A stretch of 64,000 bases of DNA from Ptychomitrium polyphyllum. Its lineage: Eukaryota. Of the stretch, positions 13,010 to 25,792 are shown in pieces. Made by a program: the position numbers and the translations under genes. Every line of letters begins with the position of its first letter. Within the stretch, counting starts at the first letter, position 1. Where the stretch lies: assembly GCA_973851085.1 (NCBI GenBank), contig OZ316776.1:744001-808000 (forward strand). The letters are read 5' to 3'. Under the pieces are notes generated by a model. It had not been told where the DNA came from, did no database searches, and worked only from the letters and a program-made list of their open reading frames with translations.

Positions 13010-14139
13010 AAATTTAGTACATCTTTTAAAAAAGGATTACTGGTAGGATTGGACATCCAACATCAATCTAGTAGCCTACATGCCTATTTAGCAACATACT
13101 TTGGCACCTTCAATCGATTTCTATTGAAGACAAGATCATAGTTGCTAAATGGATGATCCTTAAAAGGAAGTTCCCTATTAATATCTTGCAACATGTCATA
13201 CCAAAGCTATAGACATCACTTTTTTTTATAAATAAATTTGGTTTTTGATAAACCCTCCCCTCTTTTAAAGTCAACAATATTTTAGGCGCCTACCAAAACC
13301 TTGTACTTATAACTCCAATTGAGCATTCATAATCCGCAATAAAATTGTGCCATTTTCCATCAACTTTATCTTTGTATATTAGCACATTGAAAGCTTTGAA
13401 GTCCATGTAAACAAGGTTGTGCTTGTGCAGGAACTCCATTCCACAAACAATAGGGTAAAAAATCACTTCAGCATTTCAATATCTTAAAATGGTGTACCAT
13501 CTTAAAATGGTCCATAATTCTTGTTAATGGATTTCAACATGTTACAATCAATGACACTCCATAGATCCTCCTCTTCCTTGACCATCCTTGACCATCAGAA
13601 AGACAAATCTGCCATCCCTCAATAATGTTGCACATAAAATACTGCTATGGTTCCTAAATGGTTGGGATTTTCCAAGATGGGCACGTTCACGACCCTCCAC
13701 ATGAACCTGCAGCCTGCAGCCATCCGTGAGGCCATTGGGCTTGCAGGTGTTGCAGCAAAGTGCCCATCTTGAACACCTTGACAACCCACTCCGCTCCACG
13801 CCATGTTTCTCACCCACCTCATGCTGCACGTCGAGACTAGATTGTCAGATGTGTAACTTAATGCTCTTGCGAAGGTTCCGATTCGATTTTTTCACCAGCG
13901 TCTAGGATGTCAAGATTACTTGCTACTTCTTTATTATATTTTACAAGGAAGTCACCAGGGGAAGCTCTGTATAAGATTAAACGTTGCCTATCTTCCAAAC
14001 AGTGATCGTCAATTACAATGTCAAAGATTACAGAAACGGATATAAAAAATTTAAGGATAGTAAATGTGAACTCAGAAAACCAAAATGTAGAAGGATGGTT
14101 TTTAAACCAATTAAGCAACCATTTATGTTTGGAACTCAT
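13010..14139 (-). pseudogene. Decayed intronless protein kinase pseudogene
   Basis: Kinase subdomains appear in order across frames: WVVKVFK (II), GMEFLHKHNLVYMDFKAFNVLI (VIb), IADYECSIG (VII), TRFW*APKIL (VIII), KSDVYSFGMTC (IX), LD*CWMSNP (XI). Several stops and frameshifts interrupt them. Confidence 0.85.
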
Positions 14140-14465
14140 GAGTCCTTAATCAACCCACCTCTTACTAACAATATACACACCAAGTACCAAGTATCTGTGT
14201 TGACATGATACTAGGCAGGCCATGGCTTCCTCGTTCAGTCGCTTTTCATGCTCCTTAGTCTTCCAACTTTGACGTGCCTTGGTACTCATTCACGAAGCAT
14301 AAATACCTACTTTACATTGATCGAGATATCAATCCAGGTCATCGACAGACTACCATGAATCTCGGCCTACCCGTAGAGATACATAAACATGCATAAGTTA
14401 CTATCTTAGTGCAACCATATATGAATCAACATGAATAACTTGCTCTAATATCCGAGGCTGCCAAA

Positions 14466-17400
14466 TCAAACAAGCTCTGCAGCAAGTTCGGGGGAGCCAC
14501 TTCCTGAGGCAATTGATACCCTCAACTTCTTAATGACCTCGTTCAGTGCATGTTGACATCTAAACATCCAAATTTATACTGGATTAGAACTGTGAGGCCT
14601 ACAATTAAACACACACTTCAAAGCAGCTCACAAGAGGACGATATGTTAAGAATCGCAAATAACAGGGACTCTGCGCATGTATGCATTATGAGTACGCACT
14701 TCCTAGAAAACTTCGAATGGAAGAGAAACCTAAATGAAAGAACTTATCAGATAGAAATTTCAAATAATCAGATAATCACCTCCAAGGGGCATGATCAATG
14801 AACATGTTAGGTGATACGACAATATCTCGGAAACTTCTGCGGTCCTTTAACACTGCGAAGTATTGAGCCTTGTCTTCCTCACAGAATCCCATGAAATGGA
14901 AAAAGGTTTGCAGCACGGACTGCTCACTGAGTTCCTCTTCTTTCACCAAATGGATCACCAGCCCTGGAACATACATCTCTGCAGGCCAACGTTCTTGTAA
15001 ATCTGATCCCTTCTCCTCCACACCATCTTTGGGCATCCCGTTCGGCAGCAAGTCCAGGTCTGTGAGACTACCTGGATGTCGATGTTTGTCTTCTGCTGAC
15101 GAACTCATCAAGCTCTCACCCTTTACATCGCAATGTCGAGGTTGCTCCACAACGAGAGGTTGATTGTCTTCATCATCTCCCCTCTGGCTATCTGTAATCT
15201 CTTTTCCTATATCACACCATATATCATTGACCATCCTCACACTCATCCAACACGCTCAAATCTCCTAGAAGATAAACACGTACGTAGAAGTTTGGCCCCC
15301 GAATGATTTGATCGCTTGTCTAGTTTGCATTTCCAAGTACTCTTGTTAAAACCACATCGTTCGTAGACTAATCATTTATCTTCATTAGATGACGTGGCAC
15401 TGCTTCACGATGGACACTTACTGGCACATTGACAAATTAGAATCCAACTGTCGATCATGTGAAAAGTACCACAATACTTACTCTGTTGCTGTTGCAAGTG
15501 CTCCCGAGCAGGGTTATCCCTCTTAGAACTTCCGTCGTCACAAATCTCTGTTGCCGAGCTCTCTGATATTCTCTCTTCTCGACAATGAGACCGGGCATTG
15601 CTGGAATTCGTTTGTTCAGAGCTCCCAAAGAGTGACCACGCCAGTTTCGCAAGCGATAGTGAGTTGGTCTCAGAATTAAATTCAAGAGCCATTAGGGCTC
15701 TATTACGGAGTCGCATGACAGCTGCCACCGAAAGGCGCGACGAGTACTCATCGTTATATATGACACTGCAAACATGCGAGAAGCACGATTAATATTTTGA
15801 AACAGGAGAGTGCTTCACCGTTGGTCAAAAGCATGTCCTGTAGGTTTACAAGCTTAGATAAGTACCGTACTCTCCAAAGTGAGACTGTTTCACCTAGTAA
15901 ATTCGAAGCTACAGCAGTTCGTATTCACGATTTAAGATTTTTCTGGTCCAGTACATGAAGTCACTTCTTGCCTGTGGTTTCCATATGGTTAGGATCTTGA
16001 CATCTTTTATTGCTATTTGTCTTGAAATTAAATCCACCTCTTTGTCTGGTGCTAGTCCACAAGACATATGAACAAGTCCCTTCAAGTGGAATAGCTTACC
16101 TTGTTACAAAACTTGCACATGCATCAGCAGTAACTGCATCTACACAAGGCAATACGCCATACGCGTACACATGTAGTTCTGGGTACCTTCTGTACAGCTG
16201 CCAACAATCACCACCAACAATTTCATTCAGTGTGTTGTTCCAAGACATTCTTCAGCCTTTAAGTGTATGTAGTTATCTACTTCTCAAGCAGAAGAATTGC
16301 CCTTTCTAGGCCAGTTTTTCGGAAGTAAGAAGCCTAATCGTAAAATGTATTTCATTATGGTAAATACAGGAAATAAACAGGTGCCTTCACAATACAGCTT
16401 CCAATCAACCGTTTAGCAAGAACAAACCACAGCAGATATTTACCCTCAATGCTGTTAGAGCAGCAATTGAACCCCCAAGTGAATGACCAACAAAACGTAA
16501 TTTGAACCCTTCGTAGTCCCCTCCTAGACCAAGAAGTTTCGTCAAGAGCCCCGGCTTCCGTTCCAACAGCGGCATCCCCTCGCTATCTGATGATGAAGCA
16601 CATGATATACAGCCAATTTTAAATTATAGACTTAGCAAACTGCACATGTCTACAAATCTTGAAAAATGTTCTCAGGTTCTGGATTAAACTCTCCAATACC
16701 CTTGATAATGGGACAGGTGTACGTTGATAATGAATAGGGACCTATCTATACCCTTTGAACATTAAAATAGCAGGTTATTAACCTGCAGTCGCAAAAATTT
16801 CAATATCTGTCGTCTCGAATGAGTGCAAAAGCATTGGTTGGACCATGTCTAGTTGTCACGTCCCGCTAAATCAAGCATACAGAAAAGGTTGGATATCCCT
16901 TACCTTTGACGGATGCGCAATCGTTATGAACCTGTTCGTCACTCTCGTCTTCAGCCAAATTGTCAAGCTGCATTGAGAGCTCACGAGCAGCTTTGATGAC
17001 TCCGACATGGCAATAATGAGGTTTTGTGTCTTGAACTTGCCTCTTTACTTTGTCTGGTGTGTTATTCCCTCTGCATCAGACATCGACGCATACAGTCTGA
17101 TGAATTGATAATTTCTAGTGATTATTAGTAACTATAATTATACGAGAGATGTCGGAATTTACACCAAAAACGATGTCGCTGTTCGGTTTTCACAGTACGT
17201 ACTTGAGCAGACCAAGGAGGTCGGAATCAGAAAGCTTGCATTCCCGGCCTAGCCCATCTGTAAGAAGATCTTCTGGAGTCTCAGTGCCGCGAACTGCAAC
17301 AACCACTGTTTTTGACTGACGCAAGACCACCACAAAGTACACAGTCTCACGTACAAGTACAGTACTGTTTTGCTGCACAAAACAAGTAATCCTTTAATTA

Positions 17401-20098
17401 GCAAAACAAGCCATCAAGCCACAAGGTCAGCGTCCCAGTTGGTTCCCGAATAAAGAGGACAAATTACGACGGTTGCAGAACCTGTGAGATGCGGCCTTGT
17501 AGAAGAGCATCAGGAGGAAGTCGTGCATGCCTTAAAAAGGCAGCTGCGTGTCCTCTCCACCAATTATCACCTTCCAGAATTGGCCTCCTGAATTCATAGA
17601 GTATCCCTAGTTAATTGAAATTCTTGCAACAACTAATTTTTAAGCCATCGGACCCAGAATCTTAATCACGATGAGATGAGAAACATAGGAACAGTATATA
17701 AGAATCACCTGTTGCGGTTCCAGAAGGTCAGAGCACCCTGACGTCGGAGCCACACGCAAATCCATGTAAATGGATTTCGTCCCAAATCCAACAGAAATCC
17801 CTGTCCACGTTTACAGGACAACATCCTCATGAAAAACTACTACTATATCTCCGTCCCATTAACAACAATTTTAAATAAGTACTTTCGTATCTTTTGCGAG
17901 AAACGGATTATCATTATTCATTAAATGTGTTGTTTCTAACAACTATTTGGCTAGCTCAAGCTGCCTTTCAGAATCTAACAACATAACAGAGAAGGGTAGC
18001 CATTTATAAGCCAGCTAGGAGGTACCGTATATGCAGCGACAGCATAAGGGTGAAGCTCAGCGGCCTCCGTAAGAAGTTTCTCTGGGGCAGTTTCACCATC
18101 ATTTGAAGCAGAAGCTTGAACTTTCTGTTCCCGCAACAAGGCGATTCCTGCCACCACCACCAGGCAGTTCGTGCATCGTTCAGAGAACTCAGCATTTAAG
18201 TATGATCATATCTGTTCAGGTTTTGGATTACTTCATTGAAAGTAACAACAAATACGAGAGTGATGAAACTTACCCGCTACTACTTCAAGGTGGCTGGCAC
18301 CTCTAGCTCGATATGCTACAAGGTCCCCTAATAAGGCAGCCACTGAATCCACCTCATCCTTATCTAACTGAGATCTGCACCATCGGCTAAATTTATTACA
18401 TATTGACTAGCTGCGCGTATCTAGAGGTCGCTATCTAATTCGTCTCGGTTGTGATAGAAACAAATCAATTTCGACAGTGAAGACCGTAGAACGAACTTTG
18501 CAATAGGCACACAAACAACTCTAGAAAGAATTTCCAGAATAACAGATCTTGTGAACTGAGTTTAATTTCGTAAGAAACTTCAGGTAGTAAATAACAATCA
18601 TCCCATTGTCCTTTGAATTAAAGGCATCTGTAAAGTCATTACTTACAAATATCGGCGCCTGCCAAGGCAACACATCACTTCTCGAATACCATAGTCGAAC
18701 ATCTCTCGGTAATGTGCCCTCCACGCTTCATCGTGGTCATGATAAAGTGCCCTCCATGCTATAACGTCAGAACCCACACAACATTGTGCCGACGCAATAG
18801 CCCATGCTAATACAAGTGCTGCCACCAGCCATAACTTGAACGCAGGGTCTTCCGCTGCCGAACCAAACAAAATACTAACTGTGAGAAACAGTGAACACGA
18901 AACAGAAACACCTCCTCACCCAAGTTTCCTGGTGATAAAATTTCATAAAGCATACGGTATTCAGTGGCCAACAATGACCTTGAGGTGCTTTAGTGCAACA
19001 CATAAAAGGTGCCTGAAGCAAGAAAAAAGAGAACTATCACAACAGTATCTCCGAGAATCTTCTTTATAAATTAGGTCGTTGCTAACCAAACAGTACCGCA
19101 TTTCACTCCATTTTCGCATTTGTTTTCCTACTTCTACAAGTACTCCAATCACGTAAGGTTTAGGGCACTTTCACGATGTAATTGTACACGACACTAGGAG
19201 GTGACTGTGAGCATGACCTTCAATCAAGCAAATTGAACTAAAAAGAAAAAGATGCTCACCACCAGGACCGGAGCAACTGTAGGCAAAATGTTGAGAAAAT
19301 TTTGTTATAACTAAATAGAAAAAATAAGCAGCACTCATGACTTGCAATACAGTGACCAAAACTCCAATTCGACTCCACCAAAGCCACCACTTATACCATT
19401 TCTGAATACATTCCACACACAACAACAAGCCAACATAAGTGCCTGACACTAACAAAGCAGTTATCAGGTTGAAAATCAACACAAAGACCATCACACTGAT
19501 CGCTGTGTAACCCATGTTTTCGATTAAGTTCACCTTAATATACAACATCAACTGCAGAATGCTTTCTTGAGTCGAGAGATAATGACAGAAAATCAATAAA
19601 TACCCGTCGTTTTTGGCGGTTTACGTTGTTGGTGGTTTCGACATTGGCATCATCCTCTCCAGAAATCATTGCAGACGCTGTGACAGCTTGAGTAAATCCC
19701 ATACCTAGCATCCATAGCAAACGCAAGAAGGCTCCAGCAGCTATCGTGTCTGCAGCAACGACCACCTTCCTTGGACACCCTTCCCTAGCAGTTGAAATTG
19801 CTACGTAGGTACAAATGAGACACAAAGTCCAGTTCAGAAGTCCCAGTAGGATGGCTAGTTTTCGAACCTCATGGAACCGGCGCACCCCATTTGAATGCAC
19901 CTCCATGAGGCCAAACCTCGTGTTTTGCCCACTCGAGCTGTTCATGATTGGCAATTCATATTCCTTAGTGACAGGATTGAAACGTCGCCCCTGAGCATCA
20001 GAACTCTTTCTTGTGAACCTGAAGCTGCGAGCGCGTCTCCGGCGAAACCGAGCAAAGACTCGAACAAGCTCAAGCCAGGGGTTCACTTTCTCCAGCAT
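14466..20098 (-). CDS. Class-3 lipase (sn1-diacylglycerol-lipase-like) with N-terminal transmembrane segments, multi-exon
   Basis: YFVVVLRQSKTVVVAVRGTETPEDLLTD, nucleophile motif FVGHSLGGSIAALTALR, MYVPGLVIHL and PNMFIDHAPWR, plus hydrophobic N-terminal exons. Last exon ends ELAAELV*. Start could be a downstream ATG. Confidence 0.88.
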
Positions 20099-22579
20099 CG
20101 GCTCTATTGAACCACAGGCGAAACGAAATCCTCTCCATCAGGATGATAAGCATCAATCAAGCGTCGCAAGGCTGGCTACGTTGAGAACAGCATAGAAATT
20201 CTTCTGAGTAACGTGCCTTAGGAGGAACGCCACACAGTTCCACCCAAACGAATGGCAAGAATGAACTGGGGATAAACAAAGCAAAGGACATACCTTAAAT
20301 GCAAGTTCAGGGGCTCAAACGAATGAGCCAAACTCCTGAACGCCTTGTGAAAGAGGGTGTATAAATTAGGGCTTCTCAATCCGAAAAAATCCCAGCTCAC
20401 AAGCAGCTCCCGTGAACATCTTGTCGCACGTACTCCTCAACAACTTTTCCACGAGTGCGAATCGTCTTGCACAGGAAACCAATTCCCCCAATAAACAGAC
20501 AACGACTCCAGAAAATACAAACCTGAAATGTAGCAGTCTACTGGCTACTATACTTCTCTTATTGACCAGGTGCTGCTCAACCAATACTGTACAAATTCCT
20601 GACACGCTAAATAACGAAATAAGCTCGCAACGCTCGACCCAGATTTCAAAAGCTGAAAATCTCTCGATTGAATTGTAAAATCCGAACAAACATTATCGCG
20701 GACGCCCCCAAATTTCCCTCACGTGTCCAGCACTAATGCTTACACTTCCACGCGCCCCACCCACAGCTCCAAACAGTCCTGCTCCCTCAGTTTGGTTCAA
20801 TCGAGACTCTCACAACAACAGACCATGTGTCGTGGTCAAACTCGCTGTAAAACGAGTCAGCTCCTAGAGATAAGCACTCACACCCACTGAGAAAACCTCG
20901 TGAGACTCCTGGAACACTCCGCTAGCTCATACTGCACAACCCAATCCGAAGCTGCGCGCGCCCCACAAGCAATCACTCGAACAAAATGTGGTAACAGCGC
21001 AGCAACGAAATGGTCGTCACGATATTCTCTCGAGCTTTTCCAAATCTCCTGGACATCTACGACCAAAACACTCACACACCCTGTCGATCAAATCGATTGA
21101 TCAGAACACTAGTTTGTGTCCCGGAGTCCATCAACGCTCAATGAGTGAGGGATCTTCTGACAGGCCTCTCTCGAGATCGACGCCGCAGAAGGTGCACATC
21201 CACCTGGGAGCTGCAACAGCATCAAATGCTAGCAGATTGCAGAAAACAACATCATAACCTGCAAGGAGCCAGGGTGGAAAAAAAAACTGAAGCACAAGTG
21301 AAGAGTGCACATTCAACAAGCGATCGCTAATCGAATATCGAGGTTGATGAGAAACAAGAGTCGCCAGCTTCCTGACATTCATTATTGTACCTCTGTCGAA
21401 TCTCTGACAGCTTCTGACTGCGTCAACCAGAAATTAATCTGATATGTAATGCGTGACTGAATTCAAGTGCTTGTGAGAGATCGACGATGTTATTGCAAGT
21501 TGGGTCGTACATCGATGGCTGTCTTGGTGCTAAGATCATCTCAAACTACTATATGTCTTGTGGACTGCGCATGTTAAGATAAACATTAATGTAAGTTAAA
21601 TGATTGAGCAATCAGTTACAATTTCTTAACTATTTGTAGAAGCTGGCGTAAGAACCTTGCAGCTTTGCACTGGTCCGAGAATAACGAGCAGTTGGTCATT
21701 TCATCAGACAGGACTCAGGAAAACGCAGCCTGAGTAGCTGGGGTCTAGAGTTGATTCCAAACACTCAACAGATTAGAGAGGGGAGAACCACTACGACTAA
21801 ATCTCCCAGCCTTTAGGAGACACAATCACATCCAGATGAACCTCAAAGCTCGAGGCCAATGGACAAGGCTGAACGGCACACCCTGATCACGAAAGATGAG
21901 GTCAAGTGCGCCATCAGGGACACGAACGATCGTAAATGGCTCTAGTGTTCAAAGCCCTGAAGTACTGCTTAAACCGTGCAACAACTGTTACCGACACAAT
22001 CTGCAAGAGCACCATCACCACAGTACTTCCAGGGACGAACATGAAAATTACCAGTTGGCCACGGTTAGGACAGCAGCGAAAACGACATCCAAGAGCCTTA
22101 CTACTGCATACTCGCGGTCAAGAATATCATCTCGACGTCTTCAATCCAATACCTCAAAGCACAAGCACTCTGGAAAACAGTGAGTCGAAACAGATGTGAC
22201 TATCTGCAAAGCATAAGCTCTTTCGAAAGTATTATCCATAACGTAGACATAGAAAGACTTGCTTCAGTTATGTACAGACCCTCTCAATAGCGAAGACGGC
22301 TATATGCACGCACTGGCGTCCACCCTCGACTCTCCTAGCTGTCACTACTACTGCTACTTTGCACCCTCCCGACGAGAGTGTCCCACATCCCCTCTCAAGA
22401 CCAATAAACACCCGTGGGACAAATACTCTCGAAGGATGAGGCCTTCTAAAGCTCCGCCCCCCTATCATCGACCACTCATGTGCCACCACCATCCCTCACC
22501 ATCCCACTTCACCAGCCACAAACATGTGGCTGCTGCCTACAGCCGTGCTCCGTCAAGGCTCCCAGCAGACACACAAGTC

Positions 22580-23383
22580 TCACAACCGACCCGCATCGCC
22601 ATGCCGGTTCGGGCTCAAATGCATCACAGTCGAGTCCGACAGCACGCAACCTGGGCCGTGGTTGCTCCCGGGCCACTTTCCGGGATCCAAACTCGGAGTC
22701 GTCGGAGGTCGTGCTCCCGACGACCTCGACCCAGCTGTGTGCAAACAAGGCACGTCAGTCACGCAAGGCACCGTCACTGAGTTCACACAGAACCCGCTCG
22801 ACACCGGCTGAACCTCGCACTCGCCATTCGCCACGCCTCTCGTCGCGACTGCACTGCTGCTCGGGCACTTGGCCTGCGCAGGGAAGCTGCCAATCTCGGC
22901 GTCGATTCGTCCACGGAACTCCGACAGAATCGACCGCAGCCGCACGACCTCGCCTTCCAGGGACGCTTGCCCTTGCAGGCGCTTCACAAGCTGTTGGTTC
23001 AGAGCACGAAGGTGGTTCACCTGCTCCTCCAGGTATGCGGTGTGGGCCTTCTTCTTCTCGCGGTACTTGCGAACGGCTTCCCGGTTGCCCAGAGGACGCT
23101 TCTTACTGTTGTGGCTGCTCGGAGCTTCCGACTTGTCGGCCGAGGAGTCCTCCTCACCGGCTGCAAACAGCTGGGTGTGAGTGTGGTAGCACGTGTGGGT
23201 GTGGGTGTTGTCGGGGCCTGGGGGGTTGCAGGTGTGCGTGTGAGTGCACGCGTGTGTGGATCTCAGCATCTCATCAATAAAGCTCTCCATGGAGCCTGAC
23301 AATGTTGGTGCAGATGGCAAGTCACACAGGCTGCAGCCCGCAAACACGTCATGGTCTGTGAACTCCAGCTCGCCGTCGTCCAT
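22580..23383 (-). CDS. bZIP19/23-like: Group F bZIP transcription factor (bZIP19/bZIP23-like zinc-deficiency sensor)
   Basis: Cys/His motif HTHTCNPPGPDNTHTHTCYHTHT, basic region GNREAVRKYREKKKAHTAYLEE and leucine zipper, all in one coding exon. Confidence 0.95.
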   Translation of the reverse strand: MDDGELEFTDHDVFAGCSLCDLPSAPTLSGSMESFIDEMLRSTHACTHTHTCNPPGPDNTHTHTCYHTHTQLFAAGEEDSSADKSEAPSSHNSKKRPLGNREAVRKYREKKKAHTAYLEEQVNHLRALNQQLVKRLQGQASLEGEVVRLRSILSEFRGRIDAEIGSFPAQAKCPSSSAVATRGVANGECEVQPVSSGFCVNSVTVPCVTDVPCLHTAGSRSSGARPPTTPSLDPGKWPGSNHGPGCVLSDSTVMHLSPNRHGDAGRL

Positions 23384-25263
23384 GTTTTGATATCCACTCG
23401 CTTGGATTGAATTGCCAAGCCTTGGGGCAAAATACTCCGTTAAAACAAGTCCTCAATATTATAAAACTTGAGACAGAAGAAATTGAAGCTTTGTCATTTA
23501 ACAATCAGAAAGATGGTTAACAAACAAACAGAAGCGCCTATCAAAAAAAAATCACACATTTTGCAATCAAAAAACACAAGAACGAAGGGTTTTGTCACAA
23601 AAATTTGTGACACGTTCTGCTTTTGTTTAAGTAAACTAGAAACGCCTGGACCAAGAACGAGGAAGCCACAAGAAAAAAAAAAGCAGCTCAATATGTAATA
23701 AAAATTGAGATATCCGTGCACACTCCAATACAACAGTTAAAGGGAAGAGCAGTAAGAATAACGATAACAATTGCAGCAGGTCATGGATGAAGAACAAAGC
23801 TGATGACTTCCAAATAGTTCAGCTTCAGAGTACTTCTTTTTCATTCAAATGCAACAAACCAACCTAAACGTTTACAGAACTCGAGTAAAGGCTAGAAGAA
23901 CTAGCAAAAGAAGACTGCGATAAAAAAAAATGGGGATCACCACATTTGATGATGAATTCTAAATGGCAAAAAGGCCAATAGCGAAATCGTAGGACTTTGA
24001 TAAGCAAAATATTACTCCCAAGCCTGGAGCAGAAAGAACGGAGACTGATATTTGAGCCCAAGCTCTCGAGATCCTGCAAAGCTAGCCACTTCCGGTGTCA
24101 CTGGGACGTGTGATATGAGCTGAAAGGACCATGGTCTACATAATTTTCTCACGCTGAGCGAAATGGCTAAAGTTGCAGAGAATACAGGTAGTTTTCTTTC
24201 TGTTCCTGTATCACGCTCAATCATCTGTAAACTAAACTAACATGCCGCTCACATACGCATGCACTAAGAGGCAGTAGAACTTGATTCAAGAAAGAAATCC
24301 AAGGATGCTTATAACAACAGTGGTCATAAAAGCTAGCGTATAACAGTTGCTGTTCACAAGCCGACAAACCTAACGACATCCGAGCAGCTACAATATCCCA
24401 AATTCGACCAGAACCTGTACAACCAGCATAGCTGCACCTTGTGGTTGGGAAGAGCTAACCCCACAATGCTAACACAGACACAAAGGAACAATCCTCCACC
24501 TGAGGTCAACCCACAAAGACTGAATAGCACCTCCACAACAGAAACTAACACTCCGACCACAAAAGCCAACTAAAAGCGCAGAATCCAACCCTTCACCACC
24601 GATCACCACCAGTTCACGAGGCTTGAAACTCACACCCTAAAAACGAACACTCACTCACAATCAACCAAACCGAAACTGCAAAAAATTAAAACCGAATAAA
24701 AGCACCCAAAAGGCTCGGTTAAGACGATTCACCTGAAGAATCCGTCTCACAGGACCACTATCGCCTCCGCAAAGCCCCGCAATTCGCCACAGCCCACAAC
24801 GCAAAAACCGAATCTTTAGAAAACAAAAGCATCAGAAAAAAGGTTTGTGGCAACATGAGCCTTGCCAGCAATGCCATGCGCGATTCTAAAACATCGTTGT
24901 GGTCCGGCTGCAGTGCACCAGAACACGAGAACGCCCCAGAATGTTGCGATCCGGCTAGTGCGATTAGATTGTGCGAAGGATGCGTGAGAGTGGAGGCCTG
25001 CTTCTACTGCAAAGTCCTCAACTCTCGCTGTCTCTGGCCAGATTCTCTCGCAAATCCCTCGACTGAAATTTTTCACAGAAACTCAACGACGTGGCGGAGA
25101 AGAGCCTGACTTGCGCTGTAATTTTAGAAGCTGCAAAGGAAAAAAGCTTGCGAATCGTTCAGAAAACCGCACATTGTCCCCACTTGGCACCAAAATCCGA
25201 CCCAAACTCTTCCCTGCCTCTCTCTCTCATCCCTCTACCCGGCGCGTACACCAGTGTACGCCG

Positions 25264-25462
25264 ACGGGTATATATGCCGATGTACGAATGTCGGCAAACG
25301 GGTATACTTCCATTTACTAGCCGGTACAGGGGTATCTGAATGGGGGTATATGAGCATCGGCCTGCGGGTGTACGGGCATCTACCGGAGGGTAGAACATGA
25401 TTCGGGCATCATATACAGTTATTCGAACCCAACGGGTATAGGGGCATCGTGATACGGGTATG
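25264..25462 (+). repeat. Cluster of about 8-9 degenerate (C/G)GGG(T/C)AT motifs
   Basis: cgggtata (25265, 25299, 25433), cgggtatg (~25455), ggggtat (~25329, ~25342), cgggcatc (~25373, ~25403). Confidence 0.55.
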
Positions 25463-25792
25463 ATAGTGGCTATTGGGAGTCCTGTCAGGTGCTCTGACAG
25501 GGAGACCTTGGTCGACTTTTACTTTCCAATTTGGCTTCTGTATTTTACTTTTTTTCCATTGAGAGTTGGGTATAAAATAGTGGTTATGACTCCAATTCGA
25601 GCATGTCTTTTATGTTCTTTGGTACTCCTCTGATTTGTAATTCTTAGGGGGCTCCTTTAATGTGTATGTTGGACGTGGAGGTGTTTGTTCTTAAAGTTAT
25701 TAATTGGTGAACTTGGTAGTTTTTTATTTTTGAATAGGGGGGTTTTTTAATTAAGTGGATAGAGCACTGAGTTGCAAATAGATGATGTGGGG

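Noticed and set aside
22259..23299. Long plus-strand ORFs
   Set aside because: Antisense shadows of the bZIP gene.
25481..25515. Hairpin as a Helitron 3' end
   Set aside because: No CTRR terminus at the expected distance on either strand.
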